Below, piece by piece: positions 12,275-26,542 of a DNA stretch of 64,000 bases. A program made the position numbers and the translations under genes. Source of the DNA: Eledone cirrhosa (Eukaryota); the NCBI GenBank assembly GCA_964016885.1, contig OZ024746.1, positions 50,096,001 to 50,160,000 on the forward strand, read 5' to 3'. The first letter of the stretch is position 1, and each line of letters begins with the position of its first letter. A model generated the notes under the pieces. It was not told the DNA's origin, made no database searches, and saw only the letters and a list, made by a program, of their open reading frames with translations.

Positions 12275-14365
12275 TGCCTTCTCTCCTCTTCCTCCTCCTC
12301 CTGTCTCCTCCTGCTTCTTCTCATCATCATGATCATCATCATGATCATGATCATGATCATCATCATCATCATTATCATCGTCACCCATCAATCATAACAA
12401 ACAACTATAAGTTGATAGCAAGAAAGATAAATAATACTGAGAAGTAAACATATACTTGAACATATACAGCCAGCCTCCACCAGCAACAACAAAAACAACA
12501 GCCACAGTAAGAACAAAATTGGCAAAGACGACAATGACGATGATGATGATGACGATGATGACGAAGACGACGACGACGACCACCACCACCACCACCACCA
12601 CCACCACTACCACCACCACCACCACCAAACACGAGTACGCAAAAAAAGAAATAACAGGATGAATTACTTAGTCAACAAACCTTAAATCAATTTAGGTACA
12701 ATATGGTGAACGATACTTTCTATCATTACTGCTACTATCATTACCACCACCACCATCATCATCACCATCACCATCATCATCATCATCGTCATCGTCGTCA
12801 TCGTCATCAACATCGGTGTCATCATCATCATCATTAACTACTACCATCATCACAAATTTCCACTATTAGTATTATCGCCACAACTATCAGCACTATTACA
12901 ATTATCATCATCATCATTATCATCATCATCATCATCATCACCACCATCGTCATCATGATCATCACCACCATCATCATCATCATCATCATCATCACCATCA
13001 TCATCATCTTTACTACCATCATCATCCTCATCCTCATCATCATCATCATCATCACCATCACCATCATCATCATCACTACCATCCTCATCATCATCATCAT
13101 CATCATGAAAGTCACCAACACTATACTCTCCCACTCCCTTTTCTCCACGTTCCCACCCTCTTTCTCCTCCTCCACCTAGCCATTACCAAACAAAACGAAC
13201 GAAAATAAAACGTTCATGTAAAATATTGACAGCTACGACATTTTAAAGTACAACAACAACAACAGCAACAACAACAACAACAACAAAAATAGTTCCTATA
13301 ACAGACAATCAACTCCTCCCCCACCACCAACGCCGACACTGATATGTGTACTAATACCACCAGCAGCCCCACCACCAACACCACAGTCATAAATAGTACT
13401 AGCACCATCCCAAGTCGCACCACCCCCACTACCCCCACCACCCCCACCACCAGCACCACCAGCATTACAAGCACCAACACCACAACCATAAATATCACCA
13501 GCAACACACCCCTTACCAACATCACCACCTCCACCAACAACAACATCAGCAAAAGCACCATCTGTATCAGCACCAGCATCACCAGTAGCAGTAGCAGCAG
13601 CAGCAGCACCAGAATTACCACCACCACCACTATCGAGCCACCGCCTCCACCACCATCACCAGACACACTAACAACACCATTATCACTACAATCACCAACA
13701 CCGCCCCCCCCCCCCCCATTACCATCGGGCCACCACCTCCACCACCATCATCAAACACATTAACAGCAGCATTACCACTACAACCCCCACCCCCACACCA
13801 CCCCCACCCCATTACCATCGGGCCACCACCTCCACCTCCATCATCAGACACACTAACAATTGCGGCAGCAGCAGCAGCAGCAGCAGCACCACCACCACCA
13901 CCACCACCGGCACCACGACCACCAGAACTCAATCGGTCGTCATAGTCACCTTAGTTGTCATCTTTTTCATATTCCTATTTAAGCTGTACACTGTTGGATT
14001 TAGACCATTGCCCTCAACGACCACACAACTCACTAACTCACTTCAACACATAACATACGTTATCCAACAACAACAAAGGAAACCACTCAACTTGCACTCT
14101 TTTAACTACCATCAACACTAGCAATACTTTTGATTGAATTCCATGCTGCAGTTAAACAACATTAATAATAACAACAACAACAACAACAACAGCAAAAACA
14201 AAAAGAACAGAAATACAAACTGCCGCAACCACCACCACCACAACAACAATAGAAAAAAAAAGCAACAATGACAACAGACAAATAAATAACAACAACAACA
14301 ACCACAACAATAGAAAAACAAGCAACAACAGCATCAATTACATCAACAAGAACAACAAAGAAACA
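12275..14365. repeat. Trinucleotide microsatellite mosaic (CAT/GAT/CAC/CAA/CAG)n
   Basis: Directly visible. A CCCATTACCATCGGGCCACCACCTCCACC block is duplicated at ~13714 and ~13808. Confidence 0.9.
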
Positions 14366-15928
14366 AATATCTCATTATGAAACTACGCGAGCCTTTATGC
14401 GATTGATGGATATGCAAGAAATAGCGGACCAAATGACACTCAAATTATATCCTACTGCCTTGTAAAAGACAATAACCCTCTTCACATTCAAGGGAGGTAA
14501 ATCCCCAATCTAGGACACGGCGTGTTGCGACTCGTTCTTCGCCTCCAGTCTGGTCACTTCGGCACCGTCGCCGGCAACGCAAGATAACTAAATAACGGGG
14601 CTTGACCGACCGCTTCCTTTTCGTAGCGGTCGCTGTTGAGGCCTCAGCTGGCCTCGGTTCCCTCCGCTTTGCTGATTTCTTTAATAAAATCGGACAGAAG
14701 CCCTCCTGAAGAAGGAGCCCGGTGAGGTGGAATGGCTGTTGCAGTGGGTATTTCTGGTCATTCCCCTTTGTCATTTTATTCGTGGGGTGCAATTGAGACA
14801 CCGCTCAGACTGGGATGTAGAGTCTGTCACTCCCTTTATTTCGTTTTTTAATTCATTTTTCTTAATCTCTTTCTTATTTTCCTTTCTTCCTTTTTTTTCT
14901 TTACTACTGGATATTTTGGATCGCAATAAATTGTAGTTGTTATGATTATAAAAACAACAACAAAAAGAACACATTGGATAATATATCTTAGATTCAAATG
15001 TTTTTGTCCTCTATATTTCTCAGTAGTATATACGTTAATGTTATTTTTTTGGATTACCGTGAAATTCATGCACTTTAGGGAAATGGCAGTCTCTTCATAA
15101 CGGCCTTCCTACATTTCTGCAGTGTGGATGCGTTCCTTTTTAGCCTTCTTTTGCTTTTTATTCTCATCCCATTTTAGGTGGACCGGCTCAGACTTCTGGA
15201 GGTTCTCCTCTTGCTTTCTTCACATCATCTGAACACATCTAAATGGAGCTTCAGTCATGAAAATGTGAAGAGTCTCAGTTGATTTTATCATCATTGTGAT
15301 GAACAGTTTCAACTAAACTGTTGATGGAATACTGGCTATATTGTAAATAGCCGTTTGATAGAAATACGCATAATTAAAGAAAAATAACGAGACAATTGTT
15401 TTCTACTCCAGGAAAAACAAGTAGAGGTTAATTAATTTGAAACTCTATTGTCTTCAAAGAAAACAGAGAAAACCTTTTGCTAACATGTAATCAGGGAAGA
15501 AACTGCCTTTCAATTGGCAGCTCTGTAAACGCAGGTGTTCGTAGCAAACAACAACAACAATATCGACAACGACGACGATGATAATAATAACAATAATAAT
15601 TATTATTATTGTTAATAATGATATATCAAAATCTAAAAAAAAAAAAAGAGGAATAGTGAGTTCCTTCGTGAAACTAGATTTACAAAATTATGCCTTTGGC
15701 TGGATATAACCCTTATTTCAACGTTATACAATAACATTTTCAAAACGTGACAAACCTTTCAAGTATCTCCTGAAACTAAGAGAGACTATAATAGAATTCG
15801 AATAACATACGAAAAAAGATTAGATTACAAACATTTTTTAATTTTTTGTTGTTCTCCATTTATTTCTTTCGTTCATCTTTTCGTGTTCTTTCTTTCTCGT
15901 GCACATACATCTACACACACACACACAT

Positions 15929-15967
<39 letters not shown>

Positions 15968-16489
15968 GTAAACACACAAGGAAACATATATATAGACACA
16001 GATGCACATATATATTACCCTACTTATCTTTATAGAGAGATAGGCATAAGCATGAATCCGGTGCTCCAGTAACGCTTTAGCTGTGATAGTTAAAACAAAC
16101 TAAAAAACTGAGCATATTTATATATACACACACTCACAAATGTTTCTAAAATTAGGTCACACATTTACATGTTTGTATCGTTGGGTAAATAAAACCTGGT
16201 AGATCTGTTAACTAATTTTATGTTGTAACTCTAACGATGCGTTTGATTTATTTAGGAGGGGTTATGTTTAAATTATTATGGTCAGGTAATAGCACCAGTG
16301 TTAATTTGCATATTTATCCATACATCATTTTTCTCGCCAATGCCAAAACCTTATTCTTTTAAAATGTTCTCCTTTCTGTACGAATTGAATGGGACTTTAG
16401 AGAATACGAACGACGTAGCCTTCTAACAAACCTATTAGTGACTTTTTCAAACATTTATGAAACGGAAAGTGGTTTTGTTATTTTCCTCA

Positions 16490-16995
16490 TAATTCGAGAC
16501 AAGGAGATAATAGCAAAACATCCAGATATAATAATCAAGAAGAGAAACGAACATCCTTGCATTCTGACAGGTATCTCAATTTCTTCTGAACAACATATCA
16601 AGATGGTTACAGCAAGAATTCCTTTGATCATATGTTAGGAGATAAACCAATCGTCAATATAAAAATGAAATAATTGTTTCTACCTTAGGCACAAGGCCAG
16701 CAATTACCCAGTGCATTACTGGTACTTTATTTTATCGACCCCGTAAGGATGAAAGGCAAAGTCAACCTCGGCGAGATTTGAACTCAGATCGTAAAGGGAC
16801 GTAACTATGCTGGAAAGCATGGCGTGCGACCCTCTACCGATAATGCCAATCCACCATATAAAACTGAAATAATGAGAGTGTGAAAGTGAAAAGACTACAA
16901 GTAACAATTGGAGTCCCAGGCAGGGTAAAGAAACATTAAAAAGATAAAAAAATATATAATTTACAACCCAACTAAACACAGCTCACATCTGACAC
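16490..16995 (+). pseudogene. Old RLE (Dong-like) endonuclease fragment interrupted by a SINE
   Basis: IIRDKEIIAKHPDIIIKKRNEHPCILTGISI aligns with IQTDRKIDANRPDIMLKDFKKRVCLLIDMSV. After the SINE, EIMRV*KVK...TIGVPG and TAHI resemble EIGKMWKL...VVGSLG and TAHK. Confidence 0.55.
16670..16855 (-). mobile_element. SINE copy
   Basis: Nearly identical to the unit at 9630-9815. Confidence 0.85.
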
Positions 16996-17652
16996 ATGGG
17001 ACTTTTAGTTCTATAGTAGCATTAATATACTTTCTGTAAAACGAACACAGTTTATGAATTTACCGAGGTGAGAAGGTTCTTATTTGATTTCTAATGAGGC
17101 AGAACGGAGAAGAGACTGTAATTTCTGCCCAAATTACACACAAAAATCTTACAGATTTATACAGATTTATACAAAAATCTTACAGATTTATACTCCACCT
17201 AATGAAATATTGCAACACATGCCCTCACATAATCGATACCAGATAGTATTACATAACCAGTACATTCCACTTAATAATGTGATACACAGAACTTTCACAT
17301 TTACAACACGACTTTATAAAAGCACAACTCACACAACTAATTTTCTATGCAATTGCCATCTCATGATATAACACAACCCACACAGCAAATACGACAAACT
17401 ATTCACCGAAACAGGAAATCAAATTCCTCATCATAGTAAGCTTGATGTCACATAGAAATACAATTGTACATCCCCAAAAGACAATGTTGCATACAAACCT
17501 CAGGGAGTCAAAGTTGCACCTGGTGGTGCAGTAGAAATTTGCATGAAATTATTAAAAACATGAAGATGATGACGATGATGATGATGATGATGATGATGAT
17601 ACTACTAATGCTGCAGCAGCAGAAGTTGCTACTGTTGCTATTACTACTACTA

Positions 17653-17698
<46 letters not shown>

Positions 17699-17715
17699 TT
17701 AGTTTAATTATAAAT

Positions 17716-18110
17716 AGGTGGTGCATTGGCAGTATCGTTAGAGCGTGGAACGAAATGATTTGCGGTGTTTAGTTTCAAATTCCACCGAGGTTAACTTAGC
17801 CTTTCATCCTTCCTGGGTCGATAAAACAAAATACCAGTCACGTACTGGGGTCGATGCAATCAAATTCCCCTCCCCACAAATTTCTAGCTTTGTTGCCTAA
17901 AATTAGAAATCGTTATAAGGGTGGTGGGCTAGAAGAATCAGTAGTACGTCGGACAAAAAACATTACAATATTTTATACGGGGTTTACCTTCTGGGTCGAT
18001 AAAATAAAGTAGCTCTAGTACCGAGGGCAATATAATTGATTTTACCGCCCCCCACAAAAAAAACAAAACACACTGTTAGCCTAATGTCTAAATTAGAAAT
18101 CATCATTATT
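17716..18110 (+). mobile_element. Two diverged SINE copies, plus orientation
   Basis: TTGGCAGTATCGTTAGAG...TTTCAAATTCCACCGAGGTTAACTTAGCCTTTCATCC...GGGTCGATAAAA. Both copies end in AATTAGAAATC. Confidence 0.7.
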
Positions 18111-18121
18111 TATTACAGACA

Positions 18122-18281
18122 TTATTTTATCGACCCCGTAAGGATGAAAGGCAAAGTTAACCTCGGCGGGAAGTTCAAATCCCGCCGAGGTTAACTTTGC
18201 CTTTCATCCTTACGGGGTCGATAAAATAAAGTACCAGTAATGCTCTGGGTAATTGCTGGCCTTGTGCCAAACGTAAAAACA
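18122..18281 (+). mobile_element. 5'-truncated SINE with a fold-back inversion and a 17-bp TSD
   Basis: 50-bp perfect arms at 18122-18171 and 18180-18229. TSD ATTATTTATTACAGACA at 18105-18121 and 18282-18298. Confidence 0.85.
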
Positions 18282-19397
18282 ATTATTTATTACAGACAAA
18301 TCTCATTAGTTTAATGGTGGTTAATTAAAAACTATTAATTATACGCAAGAGTGGCGTTTGAGGTTGTCAGATAGTTTAGTAATGGAGATTTGATATTATA
18401 TAAATATCATTAAAAAAACAAACGCCGCAGAGAGTCAACAACAACAACAACAAACTTGGCAATATTCCTATTTCTCTCTGTCATCATTCAGAAGGAAGAA
18501 AAACACACCCAAGCTGGAAGAGTCTATGAAGTCCCTCGAGATCATAGGAATAGTTCCAAAAATCTACAAAAAGCACTCTACCTCCTTTAAAAAAAAAGAA
18601 AATATTAGATAATGTTATAATATACACTAACTGAAATAAAATATCAGACGTAATGATCATAACTTGAATCATTTTTTATCATAGACCTACACTTTCTAAC
18701 CTCCTGTTCCCTGTATGACCGGAATCAGGTCCCTCGAGCTCAGACAATCACGTATGCTTGTTCATATGTCATTAGAATAACCACTCAATGTCGTCTTCCG
18801 TTTCATTCGGCTTTTTTCCTATCCGAGGGACTATTTATTAAGCCTGATCCAGATAATACAATAATACATAATTTAATTGATTTACATATGTTTCATTCAA
18901 ATACAAAAGGAAGAAGCATTTAATTTCTTTGTACAGAAACCATCAGATAATATTTTTTTTAAAAAAGACATTTATTTACCAATCACATGTTATCGTGTGT
19001 CTTGATACGAACAAGTTTCATATTTAGGGAAAGTGTTAACATTTATGGAAGGCTAGATATATAAGAATTGATTTAACTGTATAAATTATGTAGTGGTTAG
19101 TTTGACTAGTGTACTCAATACACACACTCTCGCTCTCTCACTATATATAGTTCTTTGCTCATAAAAATAGAGTAAGGGGATTTCTTTTAGCCCTCTAGTT
19201 GTATGTTGACTAACATTTTACCCCCTAGAGTATGATGCGAGGTTTTGTATTGTGAGGTTTTTCTCATTTTAGAGTACTTTACTCGTTGGTCATTCTGTAT
19301 TTTTGTGTAAGATGTTCTATACGTATATGTTTCTCTAAATTAGGTTTTTTAGCAATCTTTTTTTTATTGAGATGTTAAGTATATTGCTTACACACAT

Positions 19398-19439
<42 letters not shown>

Positions 19440-19442
19440 GAA

Positions 19443-19752
19443 GGCGCATGGCTTTGTGGTTAGAGCATTGGCTTACTATCTCGAGGTTGTGAGTTCGATT
19501 CTCGGATTGGGCTGTGTGTTGTGTTCTTGAACAAGACATTTTATTTCACGTTGCTCCATTTTACTCAACTGTAGAAATGAGTTGCGACGTTACTGGTGAC
19601 AAGCTGTGTCAGCCATTGTCTTTACCTTGGACAATAATGCATGGGCGACTGCTGGTCTTCCACAAACAACCTTGCATAGAGGAATTTTCTTGGAGAGGAA
19701 TTTTCTAGTTGCAAATCCCATGGTTATTCGTGACCGAAGGGGGTCTTTACCC
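19443..19752 (+). mobile_element. Second tRNA-derived SINE family
   Basis: A box TGGCTTTGTGGTTAG, B box GAGTTCGATTC and central GTGTTCTTGAACAAGACA. Flanked by microsatellites. Confidence 0.75.
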
Positions 19753-19758
19753 CCCCCC

Positions 19759-19805
<47 letters not shown>

Positions 19806-20976
19806 CACTCACACACATAAGATTATATATTTTCTATTTTTTAATTGGATATAATTGTTTCTTCTTTACTGCACTATTTCGTGTAAATTTTTGCAAAATT
19901 TTTTGAGAATAATTCTCTTAGCATTTTCATTCAGTATTTAGAATATTTTGCCATCTCTTTCACTTCGTCTTTTCCCTTTCTCTTATTCTGTGTTTCTTCA
20001 TAATTATTTTTTCATATTTGTCTCACGTTTTCTTCTCTTTGTTTCACATTTCTCATTCAACTAAAATATATCTACTCTCCCCAAATAATTACGTTTTGTA
20101 CGCATTCTCTTATTTCTAAGAATATATAAGATTGTCAGAATTCTGTTTTACGTTCGATGCATATACGCATTATACACACGTACACACACACACATACATA
20201 CACACACACACACACATACTTATGTATGTGTATATATTGAGAGAGATAGAGAGATACAGAGATACAGAGATACAGAGAGATAGAGATAGAGAAATAGATA
20301 GATAGATAGAGAGTGGGGAGAGCTCAGCCAAACATGACTTAGTAGCAGGAAAATACTTTACGTTTTGGGAAGAGCCTTAATCAGTGAATATATATATATC
20401 ACTGTAATAGATATTGCATTAGCTGTTTCTATCTTCCATCTTGTTATTTCATACATTTCGACACTACACCATTATACACGTTTCGTAATACCTCACGGCC
20501 ATCACTCACAGTCGGTCGCTGTTTTCTCTTATATCGCCGGAATCAGATCCTTCGTATAAATATCAAATTGCTTGACTATATCCTGATAACGGAGTTTTTG
20601 GCGACGTCCGTATCGGTGTCTTCTACACTTCAGGTCACTGTGTACTACAGGCAAGATGATTCTAGTACCGTCCATATAAGCCATGTGTCCTTCTCTGTGC
20701 ATCTGCGTTTACATCAGGATAGTCTCAACGATTGGCATATTTACGAGTAAATCCATCTCGCCGGAGACTTGCTTTTGCTGAGATGTGTCCATTATAGTTC
20801 GTGAAGACGTAATTAACTACGAATACGAGCAACTAATTATATGCAAATTAGTACGTCTATTTCAGAATACTTCTATGAGCGAATTAGTATATAATCCCAT
20901 CAAATATGTGTTTTACTTGTGGTTGTCTTCTGTTGAAGACACAACCAGGTCCGAGAAGCCGTCGGAGTCCTGAATC

Positions 20977-21029
<53 letters not shown>

Positions 21030-21337
21030 AAAAGAATTTTTCAGGTTTCTCCTTAAAAAAAAAAATCTTTTCGTTTTGCCTTGTTTTCGTTCGCTGCCTT
21101 CTCTTTGTTAATTTTCCTAAGTATATATATATATAGTATTAAGGATACTATTTATGGTTATGTATATACTAAAACTTTTTATAGTTATATATATTTTAAA
21201 CCCTAAACAGTGAAAGACAGTAATTTATTACTACGTTATTACCAGTAAGATAAATAGCTCAATGTAATAACATCAGTTGTTCTACAGAGCAGTTATATAG
21301 AAATTACATGAATCAAAGTTCTGTTCAAACCATTTAT

Positions 21338-21387
21338 TAGCTTACAATTGTTTCGTCCAAACCGAGGTTTGGAGTCTTCGGAGCAAT
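21338..21387 (-). ncRNA. Minimal type-I hammerhead ribozyme (degenerate core)
   Basis: Minus strand: GCT-CCGAAGA-C-TCCAAACC-TC-GGTTTGGA-C-GAA-ACAATTGT-A-AGC, then TAATAAA. Palindromic stem III and GUA site. Confidence 0.65.
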
Positions 21388-22857
21388 TTTTCAATGATCG
21401 TTTACATACATGACCTCCTTTCCAACACAAGAGACATACAGATACATATGTATATATCGATGCACAGTGGGGTGACATCCATTATAATATTTTTGCATGG
21501 CAATTTAAATTCAAAAGTTAAAATCATATTAAAAATTAAAGTTAAAATACAACATCGGCAGTTTACGAAGATAATGCAAGAGGATAGTTTGTTAGTCAGT
21601 TGAAGTAGTTAGTGCATGCAATAGTTACACGTGGGGCATGCACGTGTGTCTTATTTATATAAGATTATTGTGCGACAAGGTGTTATATGTAATACAAGCA
21701 CTTTAAGCGGGTAATCAAGAGTATTATGGGGGTTGTAGTGGTAAAGTATTTTTTGTGTATGATAAAGAAGCTTGTGTGCAGAGAAATATTATAAATGAGA
21801 AGCAAAATAATGTTATGGTTTTTGTATACACCACCATTTTCACAATCCAGGAAACCTAATATATAGTTTATATGTCCTTCACATAATTAACGATGATTCG
21901 GTATTGGATGTTTGATGTATTAAGTTAAATTATTACAGCTTGTTGCGGCTCAGTGTTCATTAATCCAATTTTATAGAGCAGGTTGTTTTTGTTGCGAGAA
22001 TTTACATCGTTTTATTTTCCGGAAGTATGTGTGTGATTAAGGGGAGTTAATGCGTGAGGGGAGGTAACTAGCTGATTTCTATAACTAAATTTATTATTCC
22101 AATGTACATTAAAAGGTGTCTCAATTGAGTCCCTTATATATATGGTTCTATACAGTTTCTAAATTTAAGTATCCTATCTTTAAATTACAGTCTACTCTAT
22201 CAAGAAGTACTAAAGGTATCCATATTAGGATGATTACTCCCTATCATAGAGTGCTACAACTGAATATTCCATACGAAGAGTCAGATCTCCATATCAATGT
22301 TCTTTTTAAATGTAGTCTACTCACAGAACCTGACAGGGTCTTATTAGAACCACGTCTATATATAACCCCTGGTAAGCTCTGGGTCAGCGCATGGCTGATT
22401 GCATGGCAAAGTTAAATATCTCTAGGGTAGACCAAAGAGTAATTCTCACTTACAATGTCATTAATCTGTCTATCAAGTTATACATGTATGTATAACTCAT
22501 ATACCACCTGTACATAATTCATTGTACTCAACATATAGGCTATATAGCTCTTTTATGTTAATAAATTAATCTTCTATTTATCTAATGATAGCACTCCATA
22601 CATACAACAATATTTGCACAAATAATTCAGTGTTTAAAGTTTACATATAATTATATAGTGATATAATGTAGTCTAAGTAATTGAAGGTAATTATACTAAA
22701 AGTAGGTGTACATGGGGATATTTCTAGGGTAAAAGGTTTTAGATAGATGTCACGAATTGTGTTAAGATAGGGTGGATCATTGAGTGTGGAGTTGCGGTGT
22801 AAGGTGTGCCCTTAAGGTGTGTTGCTAGAAATGGTGATGGGTTCAAGTCTGACATTG

Positions 22858-24013
22858 CTATATATTGGGTTTAAAGTTTTGGAAGGAGTGTCGGAAGCGG
22901 TTCTGGCATGACGTGAACACTTCTGATTTTTTATTAAGGAGGTTATGGTTTGAGAAGATAATAGTATGGGTCTCTAGTAGACAGAGGTTACAAAATTTAT
23001 TAGGTGATTTGTACGATGTCGCCTTACCTATCACTTCCCATTTAAGTGTATAAGATCTATTTTTAGTTTTTAGATAGTGTATGTAGCTAGATAGTGAAGT
23101 GGAGTTGGCGAGACTGTGTTTTTTGAAAGAATGGAGGTGCGAATTGTATCTGGTTTTGAAGCAGTTTGAAGTAGAGCCTATAAAGGTTTCAGAAGAGTTG
23201 CTAGTTGTGACGGTGCATGAGTATATGATATCCTTGATTAAGCATTTTTTATCTAAACGGCAGGTTCTATTAGATCTACAGTTACAATTATTTTGGATGT
23301 TAGCCTGCCGGTTATTATGTTGGGTAGCTGTAGGATTATGGTTATGGGGGTTGTCGTTCTCGGCGTTATTGCTTACACTAGTGCTATTACTATTATTACT
23401 ATTGTTATCAGGGTTAGTTGATATAATGTTATTTTGAAGGATTACCCCCTGTTGTGATTTAGTTTGTTGGAAGTAAGAATTAATTTTTCTTTTATCGCTA
23501 CTAGCTATGTTAGGCGTGGTAGAGTAGGAGATTTTAATTGTGTTTTTGTTTAAAAGGCTATGGTACTTGTGGCCAGATGGAAAGTTTTTATCTAGGAGTG
23601 AGAAGAAAGCCTTAGGTAGGTTGGTAGAGACGTTTAGATTGAAAGGAGGGTTGAAAAATGTATTATTTCTTCTTCTATTTTTGTTTTTTATGTCTGGTGA
23701 GTTGTTTCCGTTTATGGTACTATGATAACTTCTGTGGTGTGGGTTACGTTTGTTGGCATCCTTCGTATTAGTGTGTGTGTGGTTGCTATTCTTATTACTA
23801 ATTTTCTTCATGGACATATTGTGCGAAATAATGTTGTAGCTATGTCTTATTGTAGGTAGGAACTCGATCTCCTTATTATGGCCTGATCTAGCTAATGCCT
23901 GATTATAATATTGCGAGTTTTCGCTAAATATGTTTACGTCATAGGATAGATTAGAGATTCTATTGGATACTCCCTTAGAGAAGTAGAAGTGCATCATCGC
24001 GGTACAAACCACC
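22858..24013 (-). pseudogene. PLE RT C-terminus + GIY-YIG endonuclease
   Basis: RISNLS, YNQALARSG, FFNPPF, IKISYSTTPN, CNCR...C...C, DIIYSC...FIGST..FKTRY, CNLC..E..I and LLNK. The GGLYRDDALLL remnant at 24013-23978 is in another frame. Confidence 0.9.
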
Positions 24014-24430
24014 GGTGGTTTGTACCGCGATGATGATTCTCTGTCCAATACATTTTAACATTTATCTTTCATTGTTCAGGCATTTTGTTTTTAAAAACCC
24101 ACTGAGTCAGAGAAAGAAGAAAACTACAAGAGATATTGTTACAGAGATTGAAATCAAATGAGGGAAAATAGAAATAATAATTGAAGAAAAATAGAAATCT
24201 TTTGGCAAAAGCATTTTTTGACATTTTCAATCATTCTGTTTTGAAATATTGTTCATATTCTTACAACGAATAATTCCACTATTATTCCAAGGAAAATTAT
24301 CCGAATAACTTGTAGGACACGAATATTTTACGAATTGATAGTGTTCTACTTCAATAAATCGATTCACGTTGATTATGAAACATTTGATGAGATATTTCGA
24401 ATCCGAGTAGACACACACACAAACAAACAA

Positions 24431-24461
<31 letters not shown>

Positions 24462-24769
24462 AATATAGAAAGGATGAATATAAAATGAAAGTGCTTTTGT
24501 TAAAAAAGGAATTTATTAGGTATTGACATATGTTTCTGTAACAGACCGAATACCTATGTATCGCTGCTTGCGTAATCATATAATGTTAGCAAGTATTCGA
24601 TAGCAAATGTATAATCAGTTGTCACTTCTTCAGAGATTTTGGATAAACTGGATAAAATCAGAAAAATTGAAGTATTTATATTAGTAAAAGAGGAAGGAAC
24701 AGAGGGGATAGAGTATGACAGATGGTAAAATAATTTACTGCTAAACAAGTATAAATATATAAATATATG

Positions 24770-24801
<32 letters not shown>

Positions 24802-24815
24802 AATATACATGTATG

Positions 24816-24902
<87 letters not shown>

Positions 24903-25266
24903 CATAATCTATAAAGCTCAGCGTATGGACATGCTCCTTTGTTATAGAAATCTACGATATAGAATTTCTTCAATTGAAATTTACAATTCAGTATTCAAAA
25001 TAGCTTCGATTGCGTCTTGGCACATATAATTTTTTTGAATTTCACCCACAATTACGCAAAAATTAGATAAATCTCAATATTTTTCGATTTTTCTCTCTCA
25101 TTGAAAATGCTAAACTCTTTCCACTACAATTCAAAATCTATACAACTTCATACTTTCTGCTACTTTCTCTTTCCAAGCTTGATGGTGATACTGTCCGTTT
25201 TACTCTCTCATATCATCTGCTGCCTTCTATCTACAATCCACACATTTTGCTACTTTCTCTTTTATA

Positions 25267-25545
25267 CTTCAAACTTACTGATTTATTTCCAAACGCATAC
25301 AAACACACACTCACTTCAAATGATAAAAAAACATTTAAAGCAATTAAACAACGTGCGTGATTTATAACCACACTAACTTTTAGTTGCTTCAAACTTAATG
25401 ATTTATTTACAAACACATACAAACACACACTCACATAAATTGATCAAAAAAAATTTAAAGCAATTAAACAACGTGCGGGATTTATAACCACAAATACACG
25501 ACTATTCATTAACAACATTTAAAGCAATTAAACAACGTGCGTGAT
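25267..25545. repeat. ~120-bp tandem duplication plus a partial third copy
   Basis: TTTAAAGCAATTAAACAACGTGCG occurs three times. Confidence 0.8.
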
Positions 25546-25885
25546 TGCCGAAGAGAGAGAGAGAAGAGAGTGAGAGGGAGAGAGAGAACATTTATTATTA
25601 CATAAAGTACCAGTAATGTACTGGGTAATTGCTGGCCTTGTGCCAAAAAAGTATAAACAATTATTAAACAATTATTACATTTCATACGAAACGACAATTA
25701 TTCAAAAGCAACAAATACATTTATTCAACAACAAGCGATAAATCTTTTTTAAAACCTCTCAACGAACGTGGATTCTTACAGACTTTGAGTCGAATCGGTT
25801 TGAAATTGTGCAAATGTATAAACATGGAACATGTGCACACACACAACAACAACAATCTGCCTTTTATAGATAATGATAAACAATA

Positions 25886-26250
25886 ATATCCTCTATGAAG
25901 TCACTAAACCTGCTAGAAACAGTAGCTAACTCTCCCCCATACCACACCCCTCCCTACTGTCTTAAATTTAGAAAACATATCTTCTATGAGGTCACTAAAC
26001 CTGCTAGAAACAGCAGCTAACTCTCCCCCATATCACACCACTCCCTACTGTCTTAAATTTAGAAAACATATCTTCTATGAGGTCACTAAACCTGCTAGAA
26101 ACAGCAGCTAACTCTCCCCCATATCACACCACTCCCTACTGTCTTAAATTTAGAAAACACATATCCTCTATGAGGTCACTAAACCTGCTAGAAACAACAG
26201 CTAACTCTCCCTCATATCACAACCCTCACTACTGTCTTAAATTTATAAAA
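25886..26250. repeat. Four tandem ~91-bp units
   Basis: ATATC(C/T)TCTATGA(A/G)GTCACTAAACCTGCTAGAAACA...CTACTGTCTTAAATTTA starting at 25886, 25977, 26068 and 26161. Confidence 0.9.
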
Positions 26251-26542
26251 CACACAGACAACCATGCAGAACAACTCCATCGCAGCTCTGTTGTTCGGCT
26301 GCCATCGTCTAAGCGCGTGTTGCGCAAGTACTGTGAAACAATAAATTTCAACACTTTTTTGCACAGAGATAATATCCATAGGCGAAACTACAATTGTCAC
26401 TGCTGGCGCAGCTCCTGCTTCCAGGTCTGCAATTCATTCACCCAGTGCCTGGCAGACAAAAAAGTGCTACCATAAAATGGGTGGTGCAACCTAACTTTGG
26501 TAACTTACGCCGGGCTTTAATGCTAGTATATATATATATACG

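Larger units (their letters stand above)
21028..24035 (-). mobile_element. Naiad-like Penelope-like element, 5'-truncated with an internal deletion
   Basis: RT thumb + GIY-YIG, long 3' UTR, HHR + AATAAA at ~21332-21387, 3' end at (TA)n 20982-21027 and a fold-back at the 5' end. Confidence 0.8.

Noticed and set aside
12110-14337. Mucin-like, acidic or proline-rich ORFs
   Set aside because: Translations of trinucleotide microsatellites; no splice or domain support.
19443-19515. tRNA gene
   Set aside because: A and B boxes are present, but there is no proper acceptor stem and it continues into a SINE body.
20925-20970. HHR-like CTGTTGA-AGAC..GTCC-GAGA..GTC
   Set aside because: Both core halves are mutated and stem I is weak; cannot be supported without homologues.
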